Shown here: positions 47,970 to 58,278 of the stretch, one piece after another
Numbering within the stretch: position 1 is the stretch's first letter
How the letters are laid out: the number at the start of each line of letters is the position of its first letter
Origin: a virus
Taxonomy: Duplodnaviria > Caudoviricetes
IMG/VR virus record: IMGVR_UViG_3300034418_011920
Span: 1,669-65,668 of that record
Reading direction: 5' to 3' (one strand)
Length of the DNA stretch: 64,000 bases
The notes under the pieces: generated by a model
Seen by the model: the letters and a program-made list of their open reading frames with translations, nothing else
The model's database searches: none
What the model was told of the DNA's origin: nothing
Made by a program: the position numbers and the translations under genes

Positions 47970-48652
47970 TTAAAAGATCCCTTAAACTTAATTTTCTCAG
48001 AAAGATTTCTATGTAGTTTCATAAACCTAATAAGAATTTCTGCCGTATCTTTAACATCTTTAATCGCATCATGAGCACCATCTTTAGTGATCCCCATATA
48101 ATCCCTTAGAGAATCTAAAGTATAACTTTTAAGCTCATTACTGTGATTGAACCAATAGAAAACTAGATTTAAGACGTCTGCAACATCCCTAGGAAAGAAA
48201 ATATTAGAATTTCCTTCTTTATTAACATTCTTGTATTTCTTACTAAGTCTCTGTATAATTGGAAGATCAAATCTATAGATATTGTATCCAGAAGCAATTG
48301 GGGCAGAAAACTGCGATTTCTTTTTATTGCTTCTAGTATGATACTTTTCAAGATAGTCTACAAACATCTTCCATGCAATTTCTTGTTTTGGGTAGTTTTG
48401 CCATTCAGCATATACTTTGTCTTTAGAACATCCCTTAACTTTAGCATGAAAATCTAGAATATCTGTTTTATATTCATAGTTTGGGTCTTTTTCCATTGCT
48501 TCTGGTTTAAAATTACAGTTGAACTCTGAGTTCGGAATAATTTCCAAATTCAATGGATCTATCATGACGGCAGCAATTTGTACTGGACTACATTGCTCCG
48601 GATTAACTCCGTCCGTCTCAAAATCAAATACGCAAATTTTATTATAGTTCAT
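47966..48652 (-). CDS. DEDDh 3'-5' exonuclease (DnaQ/epsilon-like)
   Basis: FDFETDG, GYNIYRFD and AHDAIKDV. Confidence 0.9.
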   Translation of the reverse strand: MNYNKICVFDFETDGVNPEQCSPVQIAAVMIDPLNLEIIPNSEFNCNFKPEAMEKDPNYEYKTDILDFHAKVKGCSKDKVYAEWQNYPKQEIAWKMFVDYLEKYHTRSNKKKSQFSAPIASGYNIYRFDLPIIQRLSKKYKNVNKEGNSNIFFPRDVADVLNLVFYWFNHSNELKSYTLDSLRDYMGITKDGAHDAIKDVKDTAEILIRFMKLHRNLSEKIKFKGSFK

Positions 48653-48831
48653 TCAGATACCTCTACAATTTCTTGTGGTTTAACTCCAACTTTCTTGTTT
48701 GAATCAGAAACGCTAACCGCATTATTAAACTTACAACAGTTTATCTTCACCTTCTCTGTTTTGGTCCACTCTTCTCCGTTATAGAGAAATTGACTTCCAA
48801 CTGCCACAACGTCGAATTTAACTTCTTTCAT
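48649..48831 (-). CDS. small hypothetical protein
   Basis: 60 aa, ATGA-coupled on both sides. Confidence 0.6.
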   Translation of the reverse strand: MKEVKFDVVAVGSQFLYNGEEWTKTEKVKINCCKFNNAVSVSDSNKKVGVKPQEIVEVSE

Positions 48832-50708
48832 ATCTCTACTCCTTCTAATAGAATTTTTTGAATATTCATTACTTTGTCTAACATAGCAATACCAAGAATA
48901 TCAAACTTAATAATACCAATAGCTTCCAAATCTTGCATTTCCATACCAGCAATCATCTGCTTATTTTTGTTGTCATAAACCATTGGACAACTTTCGTTTA
49001 GTGGTTCTGAACTAATAGCAATTCCAGCAGCATGTTTTGATTGATTTGATTTTGTGCCCTCTAGTCTAATTGCTTGTTCAAATCTCTTCGATAGGGGACC
49101 ATCCAAATTTCCCTTATCATCAATATAGCACCATTCTTTGAGTTTGTCAACATTGTTTTCCAAGGCCCACCTAATGATAGAAGCTTCTCCTGTGTCCTCT
49201 TTCATCTGCTGTAATTCATCGGCAATCTTAGCTTCGTCAGGGATATTTTTGGTAATATTATTCATTTCTTCAAATGATATATTACCGTATACTCTCAACA
49301 CATCTTTAAGAGCCCCACGCCCTTTAATGGTATTAAAAGTAATCATCTGACTTACCTTATCTTCACCATATCTGCCTTTGATGTACTCGATAATATTTTC
49401 TCTTTTGTCGATTGGAACATCCACATCAATATCTGGCATAGAAATATGATCGGCAGTATTACGACCAGCGTTATAAAAACGATCGAACAAAAGATTGTAC
49501 TTAATAGGGTCGATGCTTGTAATTCCAATAAGATACGACACCAGACACCCAGCGGCAGATCCTCTTCCCGGTCCTGGCAACCATTTTTCTTCTCTAACAT
49601 GATTCACAATATCCTGTACAATAAGGAAGTAACTAGAAAGGTCTGCTCCTTGTAGAACGCTAAGTTCATATTTGATTCGATCAGTATATGTTGGATGTAG
49701 TGTTTTGTCAACTTTATTGTTGATTTTATCACGCCAACCATTTCTACAAAGCTGTCTAAGATATTCATCTGGGTTGTATCCGTCTGGACATTTGAAAGGT
49801 GGGAGTTTGGGTTTGCTTAGAATATCATATTCTTCAATCATATCATTAACAAGATTTGTATTAGCGATATGCTCTTCTGGATGAAGTGCAGTTATTTCTT
49901 CTTGTGATAAAATATGATAGTTATCAGAAGAGAAGAAACATTCCATTGGTACTTTATCACTAGTTCCCAGCTTTCTATTGATTTCTGGAAATGTTGTTTT
50001 TAGATTGTTGCAGAGAAGAATTCTCTGATCTACAGCGTCCGCTTTTCGTGCATAATGAGCGTCTGGAGTACAGATAGTTTTAACGCCAGTTTTTTGGGCA
50101 ATATCTATAGTTGCTTCTGATAGTTCTTTTTGGATTGGCATATTTTCCATATCCATTAGTTGAGATTCAAGAAAAACATTTTCTTTGCCAAAAGCATCTT
50201 TTAGTCTATTCACATAGGCCACTCCAACATTTGAATAGTCACTAATAATTTTATCCTCTCTACAAATTGCATTAGAAAGGGTAGAGCCAAGATGACCAGT
50301 AATACAGATAAAATTGTTCTTAACGAAATTTGAAAGTGTTTCAAGATCGAGCCTCGGCTTATGGTAGTAATGTTCGGGTTTGTTAGATTCGCTCACAATT
50401 CTGATAAGATCGAGCCATCCTTGATGGTTCTTTGCGAGAATAAGCATATGGGAGAGTTTGCTGTTCTCTTTTTCCTTTAATGTTGGATTTTCTTCACAAA
50501 TATAGAGTTCGCATCCAAGTATAGGTTTGATCCCATTCTTTTTCATCGTGGAATAAAATTTAACAGCACCAGCGATATTACCGTGATCTGTCAAGGCACA
50601 TGCCGGAGATTCTATCTGATTGATTCTATTTGCAATTTGCTCTGGTCTACTGAGTCCATCCAATAGGCTGTAGTGACTGTGACAATGTAGTGGAATATAT
50701 TTGTTCAT
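48828..50708 (-). CDS. dnaE: DNA polymerase III alpha, N-terminal fragment (PHP + palm/thumb)
   Basis: HCHSHYSLLDG, LTDHG, PGRGSAAG, MPDIDVD, KHAAG and KFDILG. Ends about 20 aa after the third catalytic Asp. Confidence 0.95.
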   Translation of the reverse strand: MNKYIPLHCHSHYSLLDGLSRPEQIANRINQIESPACALTDHGNIAGAVKFYSTMKKNGIKPILGCELYICEENPTLKEKENSKLSHMLILAKNHQGWLDLIRIVSESNKPEHYYHKPRLDLETLSNFVKNNFICITGHLGSTLSNAICREDKIISDYSNVGVAYVNRLKDAFGKENVFLESQLMDMENMPIQKELSEATIDIAQKTGVKTICTPDAHYARKADAVDQRILLCNNLKTTFPEINRKLGTSDKVPMECFFSSDNYHILSQEEITALHPEEHIANTNLVNDMIEEYDILSKPKLPPFKCPDGYNPDEYLRQLCRNGWRDKINNKVDKTLHPTYTDRIKYELSVLQGADLSSYFLIVQDIVNHVREEKWLPGPGRGSAAGCLVSYLIGITSIDPIKYNLLFDRFYNAGRNTADHISMPDIDVDVPIDKRENIIEYIKGRYGEDKVSQMITFNTIKGRGALKDVLRVYGNISFEEMNNITKNIPDEAKIADELQQMKEDTGEASIIRWALENNVDKLKEWCYIDDKGNLDGPLSKRFEQAIRLEGTKSNQSKHAAGIAISSEPLNESCPMVYDNKNKQMIAGMEMQDLEAIGIIKFDILGIAMLDKVMNIQKILLEGVEI

Positions 50709-51727
50709 TCGGTGCTTCCTGGCGGTTTGTACTTTCCAACATTATAGCCTGGGACAGTGTACTTGTCAATGGTTGTGTCTATTCCGGCAACCTCAATAGC
50801 GTGTCGGATTTGTTCACACATAGTCATTGGGGTTCCTTTATCACATATCTGATGATCTCTATATTCTGTTATTGGTTCATCAAAAAAGCTTTTACCAAAA
50901 TGACATAATTTCGTACATTTCCAACTTCTGTTGAGTCTTGGTCTTTTGCAGTTTTTTATTGTTTCAAATTTTCTTCTGATCATATTTTCCGTTTCAATCA
51001 AATCTTCTTTATGATAGCACATACTAAAAATACCACCATCATTAATAAAATATATGCTTACAATAATGTGATCTATTTCTGGATAAAGGACACTAGCAGC
51101 ATAGTGATACATCCTAAGTTGTGGGTCTTTTTGCAATTTGCCGAAAGTTTTCTCTTCTCCTGTGGCCCAATCTAGCCTTCTGCCAGTTTTATAGTCAATG
51201 ATTTCTAGAGTATTCTTATTTGGTTGGGCTATGAGGTCTATAGTTCCTTTTATCGCCAAATAACCTTCTAAGTCTTCACTGTATTTATAGTAAGCCCAAG
51301 GTTTTTTAATTTCAATATCAAATCTTTGTTCTGGCTGAATGATCTTTTGATTTCTTGGATCAAAATTTCCATTTTGGATAGTAATGGCTTTATTTACCCA
51401 TTGCTTGCAATGTTTTAGGTCGAGAGGTTTCCAGTTGTGATGTGTAAATCTACTAGTATAATATTCATATACTATTTCTGTAATTCTTTCAACATCATGA
51501 TCTATGGTTGATATTTCCCCACATATATCATCATTTATATGAATTTCACCCTTTGACATTGCTACAGAAATATCCGCAAGCGTTTCCATAACCTTGTGTA
51601 CTATTGTGCCTTTATCCGCCTTTTGATTAGAAGGACTACGAATTCCGAGATTATACTCGATAAAGTATTGCTGCTCACACATAGAATGAGTACCATAACT
51701 AGAACTTCTCAAATATGTAATAATCAT
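50705..51727 (-). CDS. PD-(D/E)xK exonuclease (RecB/AddB/Cas4-like)
   Basis: GTIVH, KGTIDL, IIDYKTG, QLRMY and a C-terminal Cys cluster. Confidence 0.85.
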   Translation of the reverse strand: MIITYLRSSSYGTHSMCEQQYFIEYNLGIRSPSNQKADKGTIVHKVMETLADISVAMSKGEIHINDDICGEISTIDHDVERITEIVYEYYTSRFTHHNWKPLDLKHCKQWVNKAITIQNGNFDPRNQKIIQPEQRFDIEIKKPWAYYKYSEDLEGYLAIKGTIDLIAQPNKNTLEIIDYKTGRRLDWATGEEKTFGKLQKDPQLRMYHYAASVLYPEIDHIIVSIYFINDGGIFSMCYHKEDLIETENMIRRKFETIKNCKRPRLNRSWKCTKLCHFGKSFFDEPITEYRDHQICDKGTPMTMCEQIRHAIEVAGIDTTIDKYTVPGYNVGKYKPPGSTE

Positions 51728-52305
51728 ACAATGCCTGTTTTTCTAAGGAATTCACCTATGTAATAATTTTTCTCGTGTATGTCCATATCCTGATTTTCTA
51801 TAACTAAATCAAAATTAGAATAATCATAATTTTCTTTGTCTAATGCGGTTTCGCTAAAATGATCAGAATCATATACGTTTCTATTTAGCTTGACAACAAT
51901 GCCACCTGCATTTTTTACCGCCTCAACTTCATTGGGGAATCTACAATCGGCAATTAGTGCTAGGTTAGGATTGTCTCGTTTGATTTTTCTGATTGTTGCA
52001 GAAGACCACACATGGCTTTGCATTTTACGAAACATATCTGTTCCAACAATTTGCATAACTTCTCTAGAAGATAATTGCTTATCATTCCAATAACAATCAA
52101 CAAGTTCGTTTTTTTCTTCGTCGCTGCCATAGCATTGGCGATAATCCAATCCCAAAATATCAATACATAGATTCTTTAATGGGTCTGCAAAGTTGTATAT
52201 TTCAACTACACCTGTGGCATTTCTTGCTTTAAACGCTTGAGCAACAGCCATTGCTGCACTTGTTTTACCTGATTGCTTTCTTCCGGCAAAAGCAATAATA
52301 TTCAT
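51724..52305 (-). CDS. deoxynucleoside monophosphate kinase
   Basis: GRKQSGKT, FADPLK, REVMQIVGTD, DCRFPNE and HFSE. Confidence 0.9.
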   Translation of the reverse strand: MNIIAFAGRKQSGKTSAAMAVAQAFKARNATGVVEIYNFADPLKNLCIDILGLDYRQCYGSDEEKNELVDCYWNDKQLSSREVMQIVGTDMFRKMQSHVWSSATIRKIKRDNPNLALIADCRFPNEVEAVKNAGGIVVKLNRNVYDSDHFSETALDKENYDYSNFDLVIENQDMDIHEKNYYIGEFLRKTGIV

Positions 52306-53453
52306 ACTATTTTCTCCAGAAAAGGTTTGATTTCTTCGTTAATTTGTTCTACTGTCATTTCGCCAATATCGCTAGCATTAAATTTTGGAATATATACTCT
52401 ATATGTATTTTGGCATTTAGTTTGAATTTGTTCAGCAGCCTTTCTTCCAGCTTCGTCGTTGTCTGTTAAGATTACTAAAGACATGGCTCCGCTGCTATCT
52501 AGTAATACTTTTTGTCTGTCAGTCATTGAAGATCCAAAAATAGCAACACTATTATGAATACCACTTTCTTCTAGTCTCCATACGTTGCCAGGGCTTTCAA
52601 CTATAATAGCGACACCAGTTTCTATAAGCAAGTTTTTAGCAAACCAAAAGTTGTACAAAGCATTTTGACTCTTGAAATTTGCACTATGCTTCCATTTGCT
52701 ATATTTCCATGCTTCTTCCTTTGGGGGGCATGATCTAGATGGATCGTGGTATGCTTTACATTGTTCGCATTTTTCAAATATGCTTCTTCCAGATGAGCCT
52801 ATAAGACATTTGTACTCATTATCATAGATTGGAACCACAGCCCTTTGATACATAGGCTTTGAAGGATTTGTACATAAACCAACATCATATTTTTCTAATA
52901 TTTCTTTTGAATATCCTCTTTCCAAGAAATATGAACATGGAATTTCTAAAGATCGTAGAACATGCTCTCTAGTAATTTGATTGGATTCTTTCTCCTGTTT
53001 TTGCTTCACATAATTCATCATTGAAGTGAATGTTTTTTTATTCCTATCAGATGTTGATATTCGAATATCTTTTAGGTCTTTCTTGACAAAGTTGCTTAAA
53101 AATTCTACAGCATCATTAAATGGGATCATGATGTCACCTTCTTGACACCAATTCAATTCATTATGGCTAATGATTCCTCTAAAAAATCCTATAACAGAAC
53201 TTCTAAAATGCTCTTCACAACCATGCGTTCTGCATTTCCAATTTCCTCTGTATGTATCTCCATCTGGATAGATATTTATCGCAGAAGGATTATCTCCTCC
53301 ATGAATCGGACAACACATGGTAATCATTTTACCGCTATGTTTAAAGTCTACATTAAAATATTCCAATAGAGTTTCAATATTATCACAAACAATATCAGAC
53401 AATATTTTTAATTTAGCTTGATCAATCGAACGGGATTTCTTCGTTATCATCAA
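52302..53453 (-). CDS. dnaG: DNA primase (CHC2-type zinc finger + TOPRIM)
   Basis: CPIH...CRTHGC, IIVES and LTDNDEAG. Confidence 0.88.
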   Translation of the reverse strand: MMITKKSRSIDQAKLKILSDIVCDNIETLLEYFNVDFKHSGKMITMCCPIHGGDNPSAINIYPDGDTYRGNWKCRTHGCEEHFRSSVIGFFRGIISHNELNWCQEGDIMIPFNDAVEFLSNFVKKDLKDIRISTSDRNKKTFTSMMNYVKQKQEKESNQITREHVLRSLEIPCSYFLERGYSKEILEKYDVGLCTNPSKPMYQRAVVPIYDNEYKCLIGSSGRSIFEKCEQCKAYHDPSRSCPPKEEAWKYSKWKHSANFKSQNALYNFWFAKNLLIETGVAIIVESPGNVWRLEESGIHNSVAIFGSSMTDRQKVLLDSSGAMSLVILTDNDEAGRKAAEQIQTKCQNTYRVYIPKFNASDIGEMTVEQINEEIKPFLEKIV

Positions 53454-54861
53454 TTACAAACCCTTCATCACTACTGTTATTGTTTACCAATTCAAGTCTA
53501 GTTTTACCTTCAGTAATCTTAGCACACCAACCCTTCATGTTGCAGTTAATATAATCGTTATCGTCTAATCCACCCCCATGTCGAGCGATGAGTGGTACTA
53601 ATTTTCTATTCCCATTTGCTGGCCCATCTTCTGCTATTTCTTCGTCTGTCTTTCTTTTAAAAATCGTAAAGTTAGAACAGAGCCAGATGATTCTGTCAGA
53701 ACCACTTGCTGAATCCGTGCTTTCTTTTGTTATGCCGTCTCGATTTAATTGTATGAATGCAACGATAGGAACCTTATATTTTACCGCGAAATTGTGCAAC
53801 TGCGTCATCATAAAACCAAGAACTTGGTATTCTTTCAAGTCTTGAGTCATTCCACTGGTATCCATCAATTTCAGATAATCGTAAAAAATTACACATTCTT
53901 TTGCTGTTCCATCGTCATTAAGCCCGACCTCTTTGACGAGCCACCTTTTCATAATGCTGATTTGATCTTCAAAAGGTTTTCCAGCAATAGTCTTATAGTA
54001 CAGGTTTGTGTTTTTTAGATTCTTCACAGCCTTTTGGATCTTTGTGTACTTATCTGGGTTCTCAGAAAATTGTCCAGTTTCGATCTGATTAATCTCTGTT
54101 TCTGTCATCATAGCAAGAACTCTATGAATATGGTCTTCTTTGGACATTTCAGTATCCATATTTAGCACAGGTATGCCTTTAGAAGCTATATGATAACCCA
54201 TATTATCTGATAGCAAAGTTTTACCGGTCTTTGGTCTTGCTCCGATTACATTAACAGTTCCCTTTCTTAATCCTCCGCCAATTGCTTGGTCATAAATTGG
54301 AAAACCAGTAGGAATACCGATTTGGTCTATAGGATTCTCTTCGAGTTCTTTGATATATTCTTCAAGATTATTCGCTATATGATGAGGTGCGTCTTCAGAA
54401 TCATTGAGCAGGTTGGTGAAGTTGAAGACCGTATCTTCTGCAATACCAAGAATGCTTCCAATGGGTTCTGTCCCATTAATTTCTAGTAGTTTGTCTTGAG
54501 CTAACTCTAGTTGTTTTCTTAAAAGTCTCGTAATCTCTAGTTTTCTGATTTTGGCAGCGAATTTTCTGATATTATTAAGACTTACAGGAAAATCCATGAT
54601 TGCCCTAAGATGTTGTGCCTCTTCCTTTTTTTCTAGAATATGGGCAACGCTTAGGTCTTGAGCAACAGAGTATATGGAAGCAATATCAATTTGAGAACTA
54701 TTCTCACATAATTGCTTTAAACACTTATAGATTACAACATTACTATCTACAGTAAATGTATTTTCATTAATAATGTCCGATATTTCCATATAGGCAGTCT
54801 CGCCATATGTAAAAATACCAGCTAAAACAGCTCTCTCTGCCGATGTATCCGCTAAAATCAT
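53422..54861 (-). CDS. dnaB: replicative DNA helicase
   Basis: AERAVLA, GIPTGF, ARPKTGKT, DYLKLM and QLNR. Confidence 0.93.
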   Translation of the reverse strand: MILADTSAERAVLAGIFTYGETAYMEISDIINENTFTVDSNVVIYKCLKQLCENSSQIDIASIYSVAQDLSVAHILEKKEEAQHLRAIMDFPVSLNNIRKFAAKIRKLEITRLLRKQLELAQDKLLEINGTEPIGSILGIAEDTVFNFTNLLNDSEDAPHHIANNLEEYIKELEENPIDQIGIPTGFPIYDQAIGGGLRKGTVNVIGARPKTGKTLLSDNMGYHIASKGIPVLNMDTEMSKEDHIHRVLAMMTETEINQIETGQFSENPDKYTKIQKAVKNLKNTNLYYKTIAGKPFEDQISIMKRWLVKEVGLNDDGTAKECVIFYDYLKLMDTSGMTQDLKEYQVLGFMMTQLHNFAVKYKVPIVAFIQLNRDGITKESTDSASGSDRIIWLCSNFTIFKRKTDEEIAEDGPANGNRKLVPLIARHGGGLDDNDYINCNMKGWCAKITEGKTRLELVNNNSSDEGFVIDDNEEIPFD

Positions 54862-54871
54862 ATTTTCTTTC

Positions 54872-55240
54872 TTATCCTGCCGATGTAGAACACCTATTAC
54901 ATTTATATCTTTCTACAGAATCCACTAAAACCGGATTAACTGATTCTGTTTTCCCGCAAGACCTACATTTTACTTCAACAGTCTGGAATTGTCTAGTCCT
55001 GTCTGACACAGGTAGATTTTCCCATAATTTTTTATCTATGATAGTATCCTTTTTATGCATATTTCTTTCTGGCATACTATCAAACTTATTCTCTCTTACA
55101 TCTTGTTGAGTCTTTTGGGTTTTTGTTTTTCTTGTAGATGCTTTTCTCTTTTTTGCCTTCGGTGCTGGTTCGTCACCATCTTCTAGACCTTTTTGTAATA
55201 TAGCTATAAGAGCCATTATATCTTCTTTTTCAAGAGCCAT
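54872..55240 (-). CDS. zinc-ribbon protein
   Basis: CRSCGK...CNRC. Confidence 0.7.
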   Translation of the reverse strand: MALEKEDIMALIAILQKGLEDGDEPAPKAKKRKASTRKTKTQKTQQDVRENKFDSMPERNMHKKDTIIDKKLWENLPVSDRTRQFQTVEVKCRSCGKTESVNPVLVDSVERYKCNRCSTSAG

Positions 55241-55718
55241 TTTTCACCTTGTTTCTTTGTATAGAAAGTAAAATATCTGACAAATTTTTAAGATTGTTGG
55301 ATAGAAAACTTAGTCTATCCATTCTTTGTTTTGCGTGTTTTTTTATTGAATTTAAAGCTGTGGCGCGTTCATTGTTATTGATTGCCTGAATACTTTTCTC
55401 TAAATACCCATATCCTTTGTAGTTATTAATTTCGCCACAGATAACGTCCTTAATGCTTTCTTCCGCCCAATTATGTCTAGCTATTTCTCTATTTAATGTT
55501 CTCTGTATATGAAAAGAAAATTGACAAAGACGATAGGATATTTGTGCGCAATCTTCTGGGTTTAGTTTTTCAAGAACATCCCTATTCATAGTAAGATATT
55601 GTTGCAGTTCATCCTCCGGCATAGCATCATTGGTATACGATGGAACTCCAATACTTTTTTCGTATTGATCCAGTACATCATCCCAATACGCAACTAGTTC
55701 TTTACTGGTCTTACTCAT
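55230..55718 (-). CDS. helical protein, possible UvsY-like recombination mediator
   Basis: All-helical 162-aa protein near recA. Assignment by context only. Confidence 0.4.
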   Translation of the reverse strand: MSKTSKELVAYWDDVLDQYEKSIGVPSYTNDAMPEDELQQYLTMNRDVLEKLNPEDCAQISYRLCQFSFHIQRTLNREIARHNWAEESIKDVICGEINNYKGYGYLEKSIQAINNNERATALNSIKKHAKQRMDRLSFLSNNLKNLSDILLSIQRNKVKNGS

Positions 55719-56115
55719 TGATGATTAAATCTTTCCATTGTAAATCTGTTTGGTCAAACGGAAGTGCTATATAGCGAATTCCATTAATTTCACACCATTC
55801 CTCTTTCTCCCTGTCTCTTTTTTGTGCTTTAACAAAATTCACCATATTTTGATGATAAAATTGTACAAACTTATAATGTTGCTCACCATGAACTTCTACG
55901 CACATTTTCTTTAATGGTAAGTAAAAATCCATATACAGAGTAACACCCTTTTTCAAAGTCATAGGCACTTCTTCTAGAACTTGCAGAGTGGGATATGTCT
56001 CGTTTAATAACATCCTGGCTCTAAGATGCAATTCTGACTTATTGAATTTAGCATAAGCCATTCTTCCTGTCAGATTCCATGTATGTAAATTGCCATCTAA
56101 ATCTTTAACCTGCAT
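55711..56115 (-). CDS. DUF559/Vsr-like endonuclease
   Basis: MDFYLP, VEVHGEQHY and RDREK. Confidence 0.75.
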   Translation of the reverse strand: MQVKDLDGNLHTWNLTGRMAYAKFNKSELHLRARMLLNETYPTLQVLEEVPMTLKKGVTLYMDFYLPLKKMCVEVHGEQHYKFVQFYHQNMVNFVKAQKRDREKEEWCEINGIRYIALPFDQTDLQWKDLIINE

Positions 56116-57130
56116 TTCCTATCCCCATCATTTCTTTAACACTGTTAACCAGACCTTCATATACTTCAGGATTGTCCACAAGATATTGTCTGAGTTTCTC
56201 TACACCCTGAAACTTAGGCTTATCTTCTAGGTGAGTTAGAGTATACCATGCACCAGCCTTATTGACAAGTCCAATATCAGATGCCAACTGAACGATTTCC
56301 GTATGTTTATCAATTCCCTGTCCATATCTAATATAACTAGTCATACTAGCGCCAGGAGCGCCTAAAGCAGAACAGACCACTTGCCAATCAACTTCCTGTC
56401 CTATCGGAGCACTTTCTGTTCCAATTGTCCAAGGACTAAACTTCTTTGCTCTTAGTTTAATGTCTGTTTGATAAGCAATAGCTTGTCCAGATTTTTCTTT
56501 GAATTCTGCACCATACCCAGTAGGATTACCCATCAAATGAGTAATACCAATAACAACATTTTTATTAACAGGAATAACATTAGCAACCTTTCTACAAAAC
56601 TTAGCCAACAACTTAGCACCATCTGCTCGTTGCATTTTATTCATATCGGATGTAATTTCTGCCTCAGTGCATAGAGCAGAATAACTGTCTATAATTACAA
56701 CAGAACCAGGAACTTCATTAATTAACTTTTCAGCAATTTGTAAGTATTCTTCTGCATGTAGGATTTTTCCTTGTTGAGAACCTATCACATGAAACTTCTC
56801 TGGTTTAAGATGTGGAATTCCTTGTAGGTCACGCTTTTTTAGTCTACCTTCGATATTTAGGTAGTACACTTCTCTTCCGTCCTTGAATGGGCCATAAGCA
56901 TATTTTGGGTCTTGTGCTGTGGCCGCAAAATCTAGCGAGGTCGTTGTTTTGCCGCATTTTGGCTGCCCAGTTAAAACAACAAAACTTCCCTCTGGTATTC
57001 CTCCATTTAAAAGAATATCTAGTACTGGACTTACAGGAATAATAATACTCTTTGTGTCGATGATAGAATTTCCAGTGAGTATAATATTCTCACCAAATGT
57101 TTTTGTTATGTCTTTCGTAATACTACTCAT
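56105..57130 (-). CDS. recA: RecA/UvsX-like recombinase
   Basis: LDILLNGGIPEG, Walker A GQPKCGKTT, VIIDS, IRYGQGID and GLVNKAGAWY. Confidence 0.9.
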   Translation of the reverse strand: MSSITKDITKTFGENIILTGNSIIDTKSIIIPVSPVLDILLNGGIPEGSFVVLTGQPKCGKTTTSLDFAATAQDPKYAYGPFKDGREVYYLNIEGRLKKRDLQGIPHLKPEKFHVIGSQQGKILHAEEYLQIAEKLINEVPGSVVIIDSYSALCTEAEITSDMNKMQRADGAKLLAKFCRKVANVIPVNKNVVIGITHLMGNPTGYGAEFKEKSGQAIAYQTDIKLRAKKFSPWTIGTESAPIGQEVDWQVVCSALGAPGASMTSYIRYGQGIDKHTEIVQLASDIGLVNKAGAWYTLTHLEDKPKFQGVEKLRQYLVDNPEVYEGLVNSVKEMMGIGNAG

Positions 57131-57539
57131 TGTCTAGATCCTTGAGTTTTGATATGATATTTTTCTTACCTTCCGACTTGCTATGTTTGATTTCTTCTTT
57201 CCTTTCAAAGGTTTTTGTTAGGTCTTTCTTTTGAGATTCTAGCATCTTCTGATGCTTCTCTATGATAGCAGGCAGAATAGGCGAACGCAATGAGTAGGTT
57301 TTTTGTGTTTGTGGATCATTTAATGCTTTGATTATTGCCGCAGCCGTATACTTTTTCAGTAATTTATATGCCGACGGGATTTGTCCTTTATAATGTTTTT
57401 CCCATTCTTTGCTTGTAGCCCAAAATCTGTAATGCAAATCCTTTTTATTTTGCTTGGCCCAATGTTCACAAATTAATTCTGTAATATATTGGGCCGCAGT
57501 TACCTCTTTGCCATTCGAATATTTAGATATGTATTTCAT
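57123..57539 (-). CDS. hypothetical protein
   Basis: 138-aa ORF packed in the operon. Confidence 0.7.
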   Translation of the reverse strand: MKYISKYSNGKEVTAAQYITELICEHWAKQNKKDLHYRFWATSKEWEKHYKGQIPSAYKLLKKYTAAAIIKALNDPQTQKTYSLRSPILPAIIEKHQKMLESQKKDLTKTFERKEEIKHSKSEGKKNIISKLKDLDNE

Positions 57540-57871
57540 CGCATCCTAAAAATAGCTTTATTTTCCTTTTTTTGTGAGTTTAGTTTTTTCATTAGCTCTT
57601 GCTGATATTCGTTAGCTTCTTTTGTCATAATACTAACACCATTATCTTTCTTTCCAGCTGTATGTCTTATCATCATATCATGAGCTTTTGTTACTTTTCC
57701 TTTTGATTTCTTTTTATCAACAACAGGTTCTTCTACAGCTCTATTAGATAAAACTTCATTAACTGTTGAGACAGAGATATTTAGCTCTTCTGCAATTGTT
57801 TGTTCAGATGTTTCCATTATATCGTTTAAATATAGAATTGCATACTCTTTTGCTTTACTGAGTTTAGCCAT
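57536..57871 (-). CDS. HTH DNA-binding protein
   Basis: SEQTIAEELNISVSTVNEVL helix-turn-helix. Start at 57871 by TAATG coupling. Confidence 0.65.
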   Translation of the reverse strand: MAKLSKAKEYAILYLNDIMETSEQTIAEELNISVSTVNEVLSNRAVEEPVVDKKKSKGKVTKAHDMMIRHTAGKKDNGVSIMTKEANEYQQELMKKLNSQKKENKAIFRMR

Positions 57872-58278
57872 TAGTTCATTTCCCTTTCTGCTTGATTGAT
57901 CCAAGCCATGTTACGACTTTTTAAAAAAGATGTATATAATTCAAAAGTTCTTAATGTTACTCTCTTAAAATTATATTCATTCCTTCCTATTCTTGAAAGA
58001 AATTTTTGAGATTTACCTTCAGAGAATATACCCATAGGATTGTAGAGCTTACCATAAGAATTTACTTTAGCGAAATATTTTGTTTCACCATTAATAGTTG
58101 TGGTCTTAGCTAATGCTTTGGTTTCTGAATATGTTCTAGGTAATTTATTATCGTCAATAAATTCTTGTTCACCAAGAATAGTGTAAAACTGATCTATTTG
58201 TTCAAGATCATTGGTATTTTGATTATTCTCTTTTTCCTTGGACTTATGAATGCAGTCCTCTATATTTATTGATCTCAT
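57871..58278 (-). CDS. hypothetical protein
   Basis: 135-aa ORF packed in the operon. Confidence 0.7.
   Translation of the reverse strand: MRSINIEDCIHKSKEKENNQNTNDLEQIDQFYTILGEQEFIDDNKLPRTYSETKALAKTTTINGETKYFAKVNSYGKLYNPMGIFSEGKSQKFLSRIGRNEYNFKRVTLRTFELYTSFLKSRNMAWINQAEREMN

Noticed and set aside
45343-48827. Intron or split intein joining the dnaE halves
   Set aside because: The gap contains ordinary genes, a terminator and a promoter. No intein N-terminal (C/S) block or C-terminal HN motif, and no group I/II intron features were recognised.
50705-51727. Cas4 as evidence of a CRISPR-Cas system
   Set aside because: No cas1/cas2 or array in the window. Standalone Cas4/RecB-like nucleases are common in phage replication modules.
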